Source: a virus. From it: a stretch of 64,000 bases of DNA. The notes beneath the pieces were generated by a model. That model had not been told where the DNA came from. It did not search any database and worked only from the letters and a program-made list of their open reading frames with translations. Positions within the stretch are counted from its first letter, which is position 1; each line of letters begins with the position of its first letter. Of this stretch, positions 1 through 9,686 are shown one piece after another. The position numbers and the translations under genes are program-made. Location of the stretch: the IMG/VR virus record IMGVR_UViG_3300021185_002414; one strand, given 5' to 3'.

Positions 1-91
1 TAAGTTTGGTCTGAAATACTCCTGGTAAAAAATTACTTGACTTAATTTTATTATTCTTAAAGCCACCTGCTCTTTTTTTGTTGTTAGCCAT
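1..91 (-). CDS. 5' end of a baseplate wedge-type protein, runs off the window (MANNKKRAGGFKNNKIKSSNFLPGVFQTKL...)
   Basis: ATG at 91 directly follows the TAA of the 1039-aa gene; frame is open to the window edge. Product inferred from position in the baseplate operon. Confidence 0.6.
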   Translation of the reverse strand, partial: MANNKKRAGGFKNNKIKSSNFLPGVFQTKL

Positions 92-3000
92 TTACTGGGC
101 TCCTGTTCTTAGGTTTTCATCTGTAATGTTTTGTATAATATCAATATCATTTAAACTTACATCTGGTATAAACATCTCATCTGAGTTAGGTGTGATTTGG
201 AATAAATCTCCAAATACACTGTCTGGTCCTTGTGGCACAATTACAAAGCTACTAACCGCACCACTTAATTTTTTATGAACATAAGCAGCCAGCTCTGTGA
301 AATAAAATGTTTCACCAAAGTCCCAATTGCTTACTGAAAAATATTCATTTATTGCTTTCACGCATCTTGTCTTCACATCACTATCTGTTATATTGGATCC
401 AGGAAGTTTAATTACTCTAAACTTGGCTTTAAAATCAGATGATGCACGATGTCCAAACAATGGTTTATATTTGACCGCTTTGTATACGATTGTATCACTC
501 ATTGCTTTTTTACTTTTGATGCTACTAAACTGTTTTGTTAAATTATATGTTGAAGGAACTTTTGGTTCCTCTCCTTGATTAGTTGTTAACCAATTTCTAT
601 ATTCTGTATCATATACAGAATTAAGAACAAATACATCTACAATATTTGTAAAACTAGGATCAACTACTTCATTATCAGCAGCAATGTGTTTCCATTCAAA
701 TCTTAAATTATTGTTTCCTGCCTGTGTAACAACATCATTAAAGACATCAGGATTGTCAGGTCTACTATTATTATTACTATCTATTAAACTTAGATAAACC
801 TTATTACTTGTTGTTATACCATCTTCGTCAACTTCATAACCATTAATATAAAATGTTCCTAGTTCAGTAATAGCATTGTTACTTACTCCAGTAATTATAA
901 CACTATCTCTAAAAGGTTTATTTGTCCATTGGTCTAGAGATTTTTCATTAGTAATATTACTAAAGCTAACTTTGTTACTTGACAATGTATACTCTGTGAT
1001 TCTGTGATTAATTCTATACTCATTAGTAGTTGGCTGATAATTTATATGGATTAACCAATCTGAACTATCATTATAATCGAGTGTAGGTATTGCATCTACA
1101 GTAGGCAAGACATCCCATGAGCCTTTTATATAATCAAATTTAATTCCAAAATTTTGCTTAGACTTAATATATGCAGTAATAACTTCAGTTTCTCTTGTAG
1201 TAAATTTTCTAGATAAACTTGGATAAATTATATCAATAGCACTTCCGTTAGGTATTACAGCATCTAAAACAATTGCACCTTTACCTGACGAGTCTATACC
1301 ACTTGCTGTTCCTGCTTCGCCTACCTTATCAATACCAAGCCCATCAAGTAAAATACTAATAACTTTTGTCCACATTGATTCTCCTGTTGGAGTTGTAAAC
1401 TTGACTAAGGCGCCTACTGTAAATAATTCAACATATGTACTTTGTGTCTTGCCTACTCTTACTATTTCAGCATTATTATCATAAATTAAATATCCTGATG
1501 TCGCTGTTGCACTATTGGAACTTGTTGTATTCCACACATATGCATTGTCTCCAAATGTATTTCCTGTGGTTAATACTGGTGCATATACTGGAGTTGAACT
1601 TTGTTTAAGACTTGCAAAATCTTCTGAAACTTTATCATAGTAAAAGTTAACAAAGTTATCATCCTGTAAAATAGGTTTTATATAATTTTGAAATACACTG
1701 GCTGCTGACTCTCCGGCTGAACTTTGTTGTGGATTTAATTCATTAGCTTTAGCCAATGTTCCATCTTTACCAAATACATCTAAACTTGAATATGCTCCAG
1801 TTGGGTCTGTAAAGTCAACGTACCTACTATGTCCTGCGAATGTTCTGTTTACACTTTTAATTTTTTTAACACCACCCACTTGTGATTGTAAGATGCTGTT
1901 ATAGTCCTGTGAGGTAATTAGCCTATCTTGTGATGCATAGGCTTTAGGTGCGTTTTCTTTAATACTATCTAGGGTTTCGCTACTACTTGCTGTACTAATA
2001 CTACGTTTAAGCTGTACAGTCATGACTGCATTGTATGTGTTACCATCTATACCAACATAGTTAATAGATAGCTTTTTGTTTACAAGATCGTCTGGTCTTA
2101 CAGTATATGTGCTATTTTCACTTACACGATACCAAACTCGTGTATTGCCAACTGGTAAACTACCAAATAGTTTATCAGGAAATCTAATGCTAACTCTGTT
2201 ATTTGTTCTTGTTTTAACACTGAAAATATCTCTAACGCCGCCTGCAAAGCTATTGTAAATTACATTTTCACTATTGGTATCTAAAACTTTATTCCAACTT
2301 TTCACAACATTTCCTGATGTGTCGATAGTCTGTACCCAAACATCGCTGTTGTTAATATTGTCTGTGTCAATATCTAATGTTAAATTATCTATTGGGTTCT
2401 CAATATTAAAATCGTCAAATTGTAGTGTGCCTTGTTTTACACCTACAAAAAACCCTGTATCATTACTTGAAAGGCCTTTGCCATCATTTTTATAATATAT
2501 ACCAAAACTACTCTGTGGGTCTGGAGATTTCTCTACAATTGTTTGTGAAGTTGTGTCATAGTCAACACTTATTAAGTTATAGCTTACTTGGTTACCATCT
2601 GCAAATCCACTGATATCAAATCTAATTTGGCTGGCAGTATTATTTAAATCATAAAATTGTGTTGATACACCATCTAGCATTACTTGTTTCTTTGGACTAC
2701 CAAAGTTGTTGCTAGTTTGGAATACTGCATTCATTACTGTAATAAAGTTGTCTATATTGTTTACATCAGTTGTGGTTTCAAATCTAATATCTTGTCCACC
2801 CAAACTTGTACCTTCACTACCAATAACTGCTTCGTTAGTTTTAACACTTACTACTTTCATTTCTCCAAACGCTGGCACATTGCGTCGAGGACTGTATCCT
2901 AAAAACTCTGCAAGTTTAAAAACACTCTCTTGTTTTGTTGCAGTACTTAGAAAGTTATTGCGTGTATTTAAGTCAACTCTGTATGCTAAGTTATGTCCAA

Positions 3001-3211
3001 ATTGTGCAACTACGTCAAGTAGTGCTACAAATTCAGCCGATTCAATCCAGTCATTATAGTTTTCTGGATAGGTGTTGCGTACATACTCAACCATAGTAGT
3101 TCTAATTGTATCATAGTCAAATGCTTGAAAGTTTGCATTGATATATGATTCATAAACAACTGTATAATCTTCTGCCGCGAACAATTTATTCTGTCTTTTA
3201 TTTTGTGCCAT
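92..3211 (-). CDS. gp6: Baseplate wedge subunit, T4 gp6-like
   Basis: 1039 aa. N-terminal FQAFDYDTIR...LLDVVAQFGHNLAYRVDLNTRNNFLSTA...LGY, AYASQDRLITSQDY, and C-terminal WDFGETFY segments are typical of gp6/BpJ-type wedge proteins; adjacent to gp25. Confidence 0.8.
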   Translation of the reverse strand: MAQNKRQNKLFAAEDYTVVYESYINANFQAFDYDTIRTTMVEYVRNTYPENYNDWIESAEFVALLDVVAQFGHNLAYRVDLNTRNNFLSTATKQESVFKLAEFLGYSPRRNVPAFGEMKVVSVKTNEAVIGSEGTSLGGQDIRFETTTDVNNIDNFITVMNAVFQTSNNFGSPKKQVMLDGVSTQFYDLNNTASQIRFDISGFADGNQVSYNLISVDYDTTSQTIVEKSPDPQSSFGIYYKNDGKGLSSNDTGFFVGVKQGTLQFDDFNIENPIDNLTLDIDTDNINNSDVWVQTIDTSGNVVKSWNKVLDTNSENVIYNSFAGGVRDIFSVKTRTNNRVSIRFPDKLFGSLPVGNTRVWYRVSENSTYTVRPDDLVNKKLSINYVGIDGNTYNAVMTVQLKRSISTASSSETLDSIKENAPKAYASQDRLITSQDYNSILQSQVGGVKKIKSVNRTFAGHSRYVDFTDPTGAYSSLDVFGKDGTLAKANELNPQQSSAGESAASVFQNYIKPILQDDNFVNFYYDKVSEDFASLKQSSTPVYAPVLTTGNTFGDNAYVWNTTSSNSATATSGYLIYDNNAEIVRVGKTQSTYVELFTVGALVKFTTPTGESMWTKVISILLDGLGIDKVGEAGTASGIDSSGKGAIVLDAVIPNGSAIDIIYPSLSRKFTTRETEVITAYIKSKQNFGIKFDYIKGSWDVLPTVDAIPTLDYNDSSDWLIHINYQPTTNEYRINHRITEYTLSSNKVSFSNITNEKSLDQWTNKPFRDSVIITGVSNNAITELGTFYINGYEVDEDGITTSNKVYLSLIDSNNNSRPDNPDVFNDVVTQAGNNNLRFEWKHIAADNEVVDPSFTNIVDVFVLNSVYDTEYRNWLTTNQGEEPKVPSTYNLTKQFSSIKSKKAMSDTIVYKAVKYKPLFGHRASSDFKAKFRVIKLPGSNITDSDVKTRCVKAINEYFSVSNWDFGETFYFTELAAYVHKKLSGAVSSFVIVPQGPDSVFGDLFQITPNSDEMFIPDVSLNDIDIIQNITDENLRTGAQ

Positions 3212-3214
3212 TTT

Positions 3215-3598
3215 TTAAAACTCTATATCTTGTTCGAAATCTCTATCGAATTTAACTTGCAACTCAGTTGCAGTTGTTGTTGGTAAATAAATTAACTGCA
3301 CAATTATTGTAATTGCTTGTGCATCTGATTGTACATTTACCTTACTGCTATTCAACTCAAACCTAGGATCGTTGGATACTATTGTTAATACTTCTGTATT
3401 AATTAAATCAATAGTAGATTCGTCTAAAGGTTGAAATACATAAAAAGGCAAGTCGCTACCAAAGTCTGGATTGGTCCACTTTTCTCCTTTTCTAATATGA
3501 AAATGATTGATTAAATCTTGCTTCGCTAAATCTAAATTAGTTAGCGTAGTGCTTGTAAAATCGTTCAGAGTTGTTGTATAGCCTGTTATTTTAGTCAT
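3215..3598 (-). CDS. gp25: Baseplate wedge subunit, gp25/GPW family
   Basis: 127 aa with KQDLINHFHIRKGEKWTNPDFGSDL...DPR, the gp25 family pattern. Confidence 0.85.
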   Translation of the reverse strand: MTKITGYTTTLNDFTSTTLTNLDLAKQDLINHFHIRKGEKWTNPDFGSDLPFYVFQPLDESTIDLINTEVLTIVSNDPRFELNSSKVNVQSDAQAITIIVQLIYLPTTTATELQVKFDRDFEQDIEF

Positions 3599-3603
3599 AT
3601 TAA

Positions 3604-3611
3604 TATTTATG
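3604..3611 (-). promoter_or_regulatory. Late promoter motif CATAAATA upstream of gp25
   Basis: Matches the recurrent nnTAAATA motif (T4 late consensus TATAAATA); 5 nt before the ATG. Confidence 0.55.
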
Positions 3612-3631
3612 CTAATAATTAACTACTAGGT

Positions 3632-4189
3632 TTATACTGTGATTTTTGTATTTTGTATGGTAAGTTTGTCTTCTGGCCACATGATATAGTCCTGCCAGGA
3701 AGCGTCTGGAATAGTAGTATGATAGTTTCTACTTGCAAAATTAAGCTGGTGCCAACTAGGACGTTTTGGATCCTGTAATGGCTTAACAATTTTATCGTTC
3801 TTCTTTACATTACATGGCCCGCATGCCGCTACACTATTTTCCCAAGTGAGTTTGCCACCTTTGCTTTTTGGTATAACATGATCAATAGTCAAATCTGAAT
3901 AGCTAAATTTGTTTCCACAATATTGGCAATTATAGTTGTCTCTGATATATAAATTTTTTCTTGTATACTTTGCTCGCAACGGAGGCCTGTGATAGCTGTT
4001 TAACATTACAATACTTGGTAATGGAATACTTATAGTTGTACTATTTAAAAATACATTATTATAATTTTTGACTACAAAGACTTTATCGCTATACAGGGCT
4101 TTAACAGCATTTTGCCAGCTAATTGTACTCAGGGGAAGTAAACTTAATGGTTGGGCATCTGCGTTTAGTAAGAGTACACTGGCTTGCAT
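3632..4189 (-). CDS. HNH endonuclease (McrA-like)
   Basis: CQYCG...LTIDHVIPKSKGGKLTWENSVAACGPCNVKK: zinc-binding CxxC pairs plus HNH core. Confidence 0.9.
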   Translation of the reverse strand: MQASVLLLNADAQPLSLLPLSTISWQNAVKALYSDKVFVVKNYNNVFLNSTTISIPLPSIVMLNSYHRPPLRAKYTRKNLYIRDNYNCQYCGNKFSYSDLTIDHVIPKSKGGKLTWENSVAACGPCNVKKNDKIVKPLQDPKRPSWHQLNFASRNYHTTIPDASWQDYIMWPEDKLTIQNTKITV

Positions 4190-4197
4190 TTTATTTC

Positions 4198-4923
4198 CTA
4201 TTTGAGTAAATTGGCCAAGAGTCGCTTTCTAGATTCGCTCATGTTGGGGAGGAATCGCTGTGTTTCCGCAAAGTACACATACTCTGCTTGGGCTTTGGCT
4301 TTTTCGTTTATAAACCTATTTGGATATCGTTTAACTAATTCCTGTAGGCTTTGTTCTTTAATTAAATTTCTTGCTTTAGGTAAACCATAGTCTGCTAACA
4401 TAATAATTTTACCTTCGCTTTGTCTTAATGGCCGTTGGTTACCACCTGCAATAGTTAATGCAGTACTGATGTACTCCCACTTTCTATTCTCTATATACTC
4501 TCTTAATTGAAATTTTCGAGTGTCTGTACCAACACTATAAAAATCTCCAGTAAGATAGAATAAGCTCAACAATCCGTCATATTGACTTTGTGACAGAGTG
4601 TCAAGCGTCATTTGCTTCTTAAATTTTCGTTCCTTGTCTTTAAAGTCTGCTATCCATAAATTGAATGCATCTGCTTCAGTAAGACCAGGAGACTCCTGAT
4701 TACCCTTAAGATTATAACCTATTTTTAATTTATTGTCAACATCATTATAACAATAACCTGTCCATTTTATATTGCGCAATAAAAAATTAATTATATCGTC
4801 ACTTGCTTCCAAGTCTTGCAAAAGGATAAGTGTAGATGCCACAGTAGAGTTTTTAACTGGAAATAAATCCCAAGTAATCAAGTCTTTACTAGTTATAACA
4901 TTAGGTAATTTGAAAGATGGCAT
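4198..4923 (-). CDS. Baseplate-associated lysozyme-like protein (GH24-like, possibly degenerate)
   Basis: CYNDVDNKLKIGYN, QSQYDGLLSLFY and RQSE segments resemble phage lysozymes; the usual catalytic Glu is not evident. Lies next to the spike gene. Confidence 0.6.
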   Translation of the reverse strand: MPSFKLPNVITSKDLITWDLFPVKNSTVASTLILLQDLEASDDIINFLLRNIKWTGYCYNDVDNKLKIGYNLKGNQESPGLTEADAFNLWIADFKDKERKFKKQMTLDTLSQSQYDGLLSLFYLTGDFYSVGTDTRKFQLREYIENRKWEYISTALTIAGGNQRPLRQSEGKIIMLADYGLPKARNLIKEQSLQELVKRYPNRFINEKAKAQAEYVYFAETQRFLPNMSESRKRLLANLLK

Positions 4924-6155
4924 TATCCAGTATTTCCTTTTCCTGTTGTAAATGATTCTTGTACACTACTATTTCCTAACCAAGGCTGATGCTCTGGCAC
5001 ACGACTTGCGATACTAGAAGTTATATTACTGTTTACAGTCTGTGCTTGTACTTCAGGTTTAGATGCAGAGCTTGCAGGAGGACCGTTTAAGTCAATACGC
5101 CCACCAGTTGCTTTTATATAACCGCTTGATGCATTTATTTCATATTGTGATGTTTCGCTTCTGATTGCAAGGGCACTGTGTATATCTATACTACTAGCAC
5201 TAGATTGTATTTTTATACCTTCATTTCCTGTACTTTTAATATTAACACCTTGGTCAGCTTGCATATTGATATGTCCTTTTGCATGTACATTATAATCGCC
5301 TTCAGTACTGATACTAACACCAGCCTTACTGTACATATCTATTCTGCCTTCACTGTCTATTTCTATCCAAGAGCTACCATTTTGGTTTATTATATTAATA
5401 AAACCATGTGTATCGTCTAAAAGTATTTGAGCACCTTGTTTTGTTTTTATTCTTATATTTCTACTAGGTCCATCTTCTTGACCGTCATCTAATGATATTA
5501 CATGCCCTTCTCTGGTTGTCATACCAAACACACGGCTAGGAGTTTCTCGTCTAGCACTACTCATACTATGTCCTCTTACATAATCTTCGTCAGTACCTTT
5601 CTCTGTTAAAACATCCATTGCTTCGTTATCTGAAGGCCTGGTGTCATTATCATTTCTATCATACGGATTCTTTTCACTTGATGGAGACAATATAGTTTTT
5701 TCTTCTTTATATGCTTGGCTACTTGCGTTGCCTCCCATCATAGCATTTCTATCTTTAGATATAAGACTTCCTATATACACACCTTGTTCCATACCAGCAG
5801 TGAATAATACAACTACATTTGTGTTTATTGCTGGAGGTTGTGACCACATTCCGTAGCTCTTAGGGCTACCATTTCCTGTTTGTCCTTCTTCTTCTCCAAA
5901 CTTCTTTTCGTCTTCACTACTAGCAACAACGTCAGTGTGGCCACCAAATGGAGTACACAATAGACATATTCTTTCTGTTGCTTTGCCACTAAAATCACTA
6001 ATACGAACAGTAACTCTACCAGTATGCAAACTATCATTATTTTTTATCACTTGTCCAATATACATCCCACTGAGGTCGTTAATATTGTATTTGCTATCCT
6101 GTTTGCCTCTTCCAGCAACATTGTAGCCTTGTGTTTTGATACTTGATCCTGACAT
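4923..6155 (-). CDS. Baseplate central spike, gp5/VgrG-like (OB-fold plus beta-helix)
   Basis: YIGQVIKNNDSLHTGRVTVRI, YGMWSQPPAINTNVVVLF and repeated short beta strands (GHVISLDD, GAQILLDD, SWIEIDSEGRIDMYS). Confidence 0.8.
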   Translation of the reverse strand: MSGSSIKTQGYNVAGRGKQDSKYNINDLSGMYIGQVIKNNDSLHTGRVTVRISDFSGKATERICLLCTPFGGHTDVVASSEDEKKFGEEEGQTGNGSPKSYGMWSQPPAINTNVVVLFTAGMEQGVYIGSLISKDRNAMMGGNASSQAYKEEKTILSPSSEKNPYDRNDNDTRPSDNEAMDVLTEKGTDEDYVRGHSMSSARRETPSRVFGMTTREGHVISLDDGQEDGPSRNIRIKTKQGAQILLDDTHGFINIINQNGSSWIEIDSEGRIDMYSKAGVSISTEGDYNVHAKGHINMQADQGVNIKSTGNEGIKIQSSASSIDIHSALAIRSETSQYEINASSGYIKATGGRIDLNGPPASSASKPEVQAQTVNSNITSSIASRVPEHQPWLGNSSVQESFTTGKGNTG

Positions 6156-8011
6156 TATTCTATCCTTATATTAACTAAAGCATCGAGCGTTAGGAACGAA
6201 TTTGTATTTCTATCTTTATATGCATCTAGTGTTTGAGTAAACTGTCCTTGTTGGAACTTGCTTTCAATTGTAACAACTTTATATATACCAGTACTAATTA
6301 AATCAACAGGTCCTCTATTTTGGTCTATTAGCAAATCTTTTTCGTTTGCTTGATAATTTAAAAATCCTATCATTGCATTTGTGCCTTTAAAGTTTGCTAC
6401 TGATAGTTTATTGCCACTTCTCACACTATCAGGAGTACCCATCCAAAAAGGATCTCCTTTAATTTCCAATACAATTTGTTGTGCATCATTTTCTCGTCTT
6501 GCCATTTGTCCAGCAACAGAGCTTGCAATTCTATCTGTTTCTGTCAATGTTTCATTAACTTGTTGTGAATTAGGGCTACCTGGTATTCTATCATACACAA
6601 CACTTTCATTAACATTTATTTTTGGTAATTCAACATCACTTAGGAAAAATTCTCCCGTAAGTTGCTGTTGTTGCTCTCTTGTTTTAAGCGTAACACCTTT
6701 TCTATCTGTAGTTATTTGAATAGCATTTGTGGGTGTAAATTGTTGATTATTATCAGCATAATATATACCAGCAGCAGGCGCCTGTGCTACTGTAAATAAC
6801 TGTTGTATGTCTAATTGGAAATCTAATATTTCAGTATTTTCTCCAGTATATAGGTAGTTGTATTTTTTTACTATAGGCAACGCTTCAAATCGCTGTCTTT
6901 GAATTGGTTGATTTGTTTGTAGTTGTTCTTGTTCATCTGCCAATTCTTTTGGAACTGTAAAATCTTCTCCCAAATGTATAGTCACAATAATTTTAGTACG
7001 TTGTGTATTTAAGGTACTATCTTCATCATTAAATAATTCTTCTGATACAGTTGTATAAACATAAGGCACAACAAAACTATTTTTTCTTGCATCTTGTACA
7101 TATGTACTAAAACTTGGTACGTTTTTTTCAATAAGGCTAGTAACTTTTGCAGTTAGTTGTGTTTCACTGTTTACTGTTATATCTCTTGTATTGACGTCAT
7201 CCATAGTGGTACTTTGTCCTGATGCGGTTTGGCTATCAGCAGTACCAGCCCAAGGAGCGGCTTTTAAATCAAATCTTTTTGTTCTAGTTACACTGTCAAC
7301 TTCTATACTTGTGCTTGGTGCAAATTCAACAACATACTCTTTATTTGGTTTAAATCCGCTTGCTTGCTCTTCAGGCCTCAATAGGTTGAACTCAGCTTCA
7401 TTAAGTGCATCTTGTAAACGTTGCCCAAAGTTTTGAACATTAGTAACTTCGCTTACATTAATGTCAGTTTTTGTTACTGTACTTGTTTGTGCAGATTTAA
7501 TAATACTTTGCGCTACTATAAAGTATTTTGCGCCCGCAGGTCCTAGACTTGCTTTCATTTGTCCTATACGTAACTGGTATAGAAAAATACCATCATATTT
7601 TTTACTTGCACCAGTTTCACTGTCTCTGCCTACAAATTCTAATTTAAGAACATATGCTTGGCTAGGAAAGTTACTGGGTCTACCCATTCTTCTACCTACA
7701 CTTAAAACTCTATCTAATAAACTAAATCCCAAAGGTTCATATATTTCAAACACAAACCCAGTAGGCGTACTATTACCTCCAGTTGTACCTGGATTAATTG
7801 TACTTTGAATAATTACATTCTCTATACTATATGCGCCAGTTACACCACTTTCAGCAATCACTACTGCCTTGCCTGCTTGTAAGGAGGCAGTGTCATTTAC
7901 TGCTAATGGTTTGGGGTCATTATATAGATCATTATCAACAATATAAAATGTAAATTTATATGTACCTAAATCTACTGTGCTGATCCAATTATCAGTTACT
8001 GTTTTGGTCAT
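6155..8011 (-). CDS. Baseplate hub protein (gp27-like)
   Basis: 618 aa directly upstream of the spike; C-terminal LEIKGDPFW...STGIYKVVTIESKFQQGQFTQTLDA hub-type pattern. Confidence 0.6.
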   Translation of the reverse strand: MTKTVTDNWISTVDLGTYKFTFYIVDNDLYNDPKPLAVNDTASLQAGKAVVIAESGVTGAYSIENVIIQSTINPGTTGGNSTPTGFVFEIYEPLGFSLLDRVLSVGRRMGRPSNFPSQAYVLKLEFVGRDSETGASKKYDGIFLYQLRIGQMKASLGPAGAKYFIVAQSIIKSAQTSTVTKTDINVSEVTNVQNFGQRLQDALNEAEFNLLRPEEQASGFKPNKEYVVEFAPSTSIEVDSVTRTKRFDLKAAPWAGTADSQTASGQSTTMDDVNTRDITVNSETQLTAKVTSLIEKNVPSFSTYVQDARKNSFVVPYVYTTVSEELFNDEDSTLNTQRTKIIVTIHLGEDFTVPKELADEQEQLQTNQPIQRQRFEALPIVKKYNYLYTGENTEILDFQLDIQQLFTVAQAPAAGIYYADNNQQFTPTNAIQITTDRKGVTLKTREQQQQLTGEFFLSDVELPKINVNESVVYDRIPGSPNSQQVNETLTETDRIASSVAGQMARRENDAQQIVLEIKGDPFWMGTPDSVRSGNKLSVANFKGTNAMIGFLNYQANEKDLLIDQNRGPVDLISTGIYKVVTIESKFQQGQFTQTLDAYKDRNTNSFLTLDALVNIRIE

Positions 8012-8012
8012 T

Positions 8013-8297
8013 TTATGTAAACCTTGTTGGAACTTTAATTTTTAATCCTGATACAAAATCAATAATAGGGTCGTTCAACATGTCAGGGTTGAACTGTGCA
8101 AATACCCACCAAAGTTTAGCATTGCCATAAAGTTCGTGTGCCAGTACGTCTGGTCTATTATTATGCTTTGATGTAAGAACATAGTCTACAGTAGAAGTAT
8201 TTTCTAAATCTAAACTACCAGGCTCGTATACATCCAAATACTTATTGTTTACAATGCCTGTATTTCTGTAAACACTATCTGTTCTATAACTAGTCAT
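8013..8297 (-). CDS. Small baseplate wedge protein, LysM/gp53-like
   Basis: RPDVLAHELYGNAKLWWVFAQFNP is the gp53/tail-X LysM-like motif. Confidence 0.8.
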   Translation of the reverse strand: MTSYRTDSVYRNTGIVNNKYLDVYEPGSLDLENTSTVDYVLTSKHNNRPDVLAHELYGNAKLWWVFAQFNPDMLNDPIIDFVSGLKIKVPTRFT

Positions 8298-8992
8298 TAG
8301 ATATATCCTTTATCAATTAGTGATCCACCTGAAGCAAAGTTTTTAATGTTGAATTCTTTACGCACACTACTTGGTGGTAATTGTACACCTAAATCTATAG
8401 ACAATAATAATTGTGTAGGTATGGTAACAGTACTACCAGGTTCAAAATCTGCTCCTGCATTTAAAATTGTTGTATCTTCAATTTGAGGACCACTTTCAAT
8501 ATCTGATTCAGATACCATTACATAATCAACATCTTCTGTTAATGTGTATGAAACGCTTTTTACTACTACTGGTGTATTTTTTGCATGTACTGCGCCGTAT
8601 CCACTAAAACTAAGAATAGGTGGAGGTGTTCCAGCAGTAGCTCTTCTTTGTTGTCCAAAATCTGACTTTACACACGTTTTTAAAAAATGTATAGCAGCAA
8701 TTGTATATTTTGCTTCTTCTAAATTATTACTTGTAAATAATGCAGTAATGTTAATCTGAGGAGTTGGGGTGTTTACATAATAATTAGGAGCATACATACC
8801 ATGTGTTATATCGAAAGCACCATAATTTGCACTGTGCGACATCTGTATTGTAGGTGTGTAAGGAAAAACTATACCCCCATTATTGGATCCTTGTCCAGAA
8901 CGTAAAGGTGCTAACATACCACTAAAGTCAAAAGGGTTTCCTGGTTTTGTTACCAGCTTTACAAATTGATCTTGTGCTACTCCACCACTCAT
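8297..8992 (-). CDS. Baseplate/tail-tube initiator (gp48/gp54-like)
   Basis: GIVFPYTPTIQMSHSANY...GTPPPILSFSGYG...NTPVVVKSVSYTL resembles tube-initiator proteins; baseplate operon context. Confidence 0.6.
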   Translation of the reverse strand: MSGGVAQDQFVKLVTKPGNPFDFSGMLAPLRSGQGSNNGGIVFPYTPTIQMSHSANYGAFDITHGMYAPNYYVNTPTPQINITALFTSNNLEEAKYTIAAIHFLKTCVKSDFGQQRRATAGTPPPILSFSGYGAVHAKNTPVVVKSVSYTLTEDVDYVMVSESDIESGPQIEDTTILNAGADFEPGSTVTIPTQLLLSIDLGVQLPPSSVRKEFNIKNFASGGSLIDKGYI

Positions 8993-9597
8993 GTAAGTCT
9001 ATCCTCGATAAATTTAAATATCTTCTCATCAAACTTTCCAAAGAACTTAGCAAACATTTTTTGTTTTTCCTCTGGAGATGCGTTACTTGCCATTGTTTCA
9101 CGGAAATCACTTGCACTCATGCCACCTTGCATAAGTGGTGCTTCATAATAATATATCATTTCAGCAGCTGGTTTCATTTCATCCATGTTATCTGGCAATG
9201 GTTGTACTTTATCTGATCCGCCTAAACGCCCTGCGTCTTTGGCACCAAATACCAATACAAGTCTTGTATTGTTGTTATCTCTGCCTACTGTAGATGGTTC
9301 ACTTCTGTATGGATTGGTATTTACAATCTTATCTGATGGTATACCAAACATTGTAGACATAATGCTTTTCTTTTCGTCAAATGTAAATGGATCATCGCTA
9401 TAGTTGCCAGCCGCATGCATCTTTGTTGCTTTCTGACTAAAAGTCGTAGCAATAAATACATTTGAAGCACCGAACTTGCCTACTAGATGTTTATATACAT
9501 CTCGGTGTCCTTGGTGCATAGGTTGAAAGCGACCTCCAAAAAATACTACAACATTTGCAACATTTTCAGTTATTTTAATAATTTCATTAATAAGCAT
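8989..9597 (-). CDS. Cytidylyltransferase-like nucleotidyltransferase (HIGH superfamily)
   Basis: FFGGRFQPMHQGH is the (G)xFxPxHxGH motif; late MSAS motif in the KMSKS-equivalent position. Confidence 0.75.
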   Translation of the reverse strand: MLINEIIKITENVANVVVFFGGRFQPMHQGHRDVYKHLVGKFGASNVFIATTFSQKATKMHAAGNYSDDPFTFDEKKSIMSTMFGIPSDKIVNTNPYRSEPSTVGRDNNNTRLVLVFGAKDAGRLGGSDKVQPLPDNMDEMKPAAEMIYYYEAPLMQGGMSASDFRETMASNASPEEKQKMFAKFFGKFDEKIFKFIEDRLT

Positions 9598-9613
9598 GAC
9601 TATTCTCCAATAG

Positions 9614-9621
9614 TATTTATA
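9614..9621 (-). promoter_or_regulatory. Late promoter TATAAATA for the baseplate operon
   Basis: Exact T4 late consensus on the minus strand, upstream of a GGAG RBS and the ATG at 9597. Confidence 0.75.
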
Positions 9622-9636
9622 CTATTGAAATATCGA

Positions 9637-9665
9637 TTGACATCGCACAAGGCCGCATATACAAT
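9637..9665 (+). promoter_or_regulatory. sigma70-type promoter for the gp55-gp47-gp46 operon
   Basis: TTGACA-17 nt-TACAAT. Confidence 0.8.
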
Positions 9666-9686
9666 GCTTATAACTAGGAGAAAATT

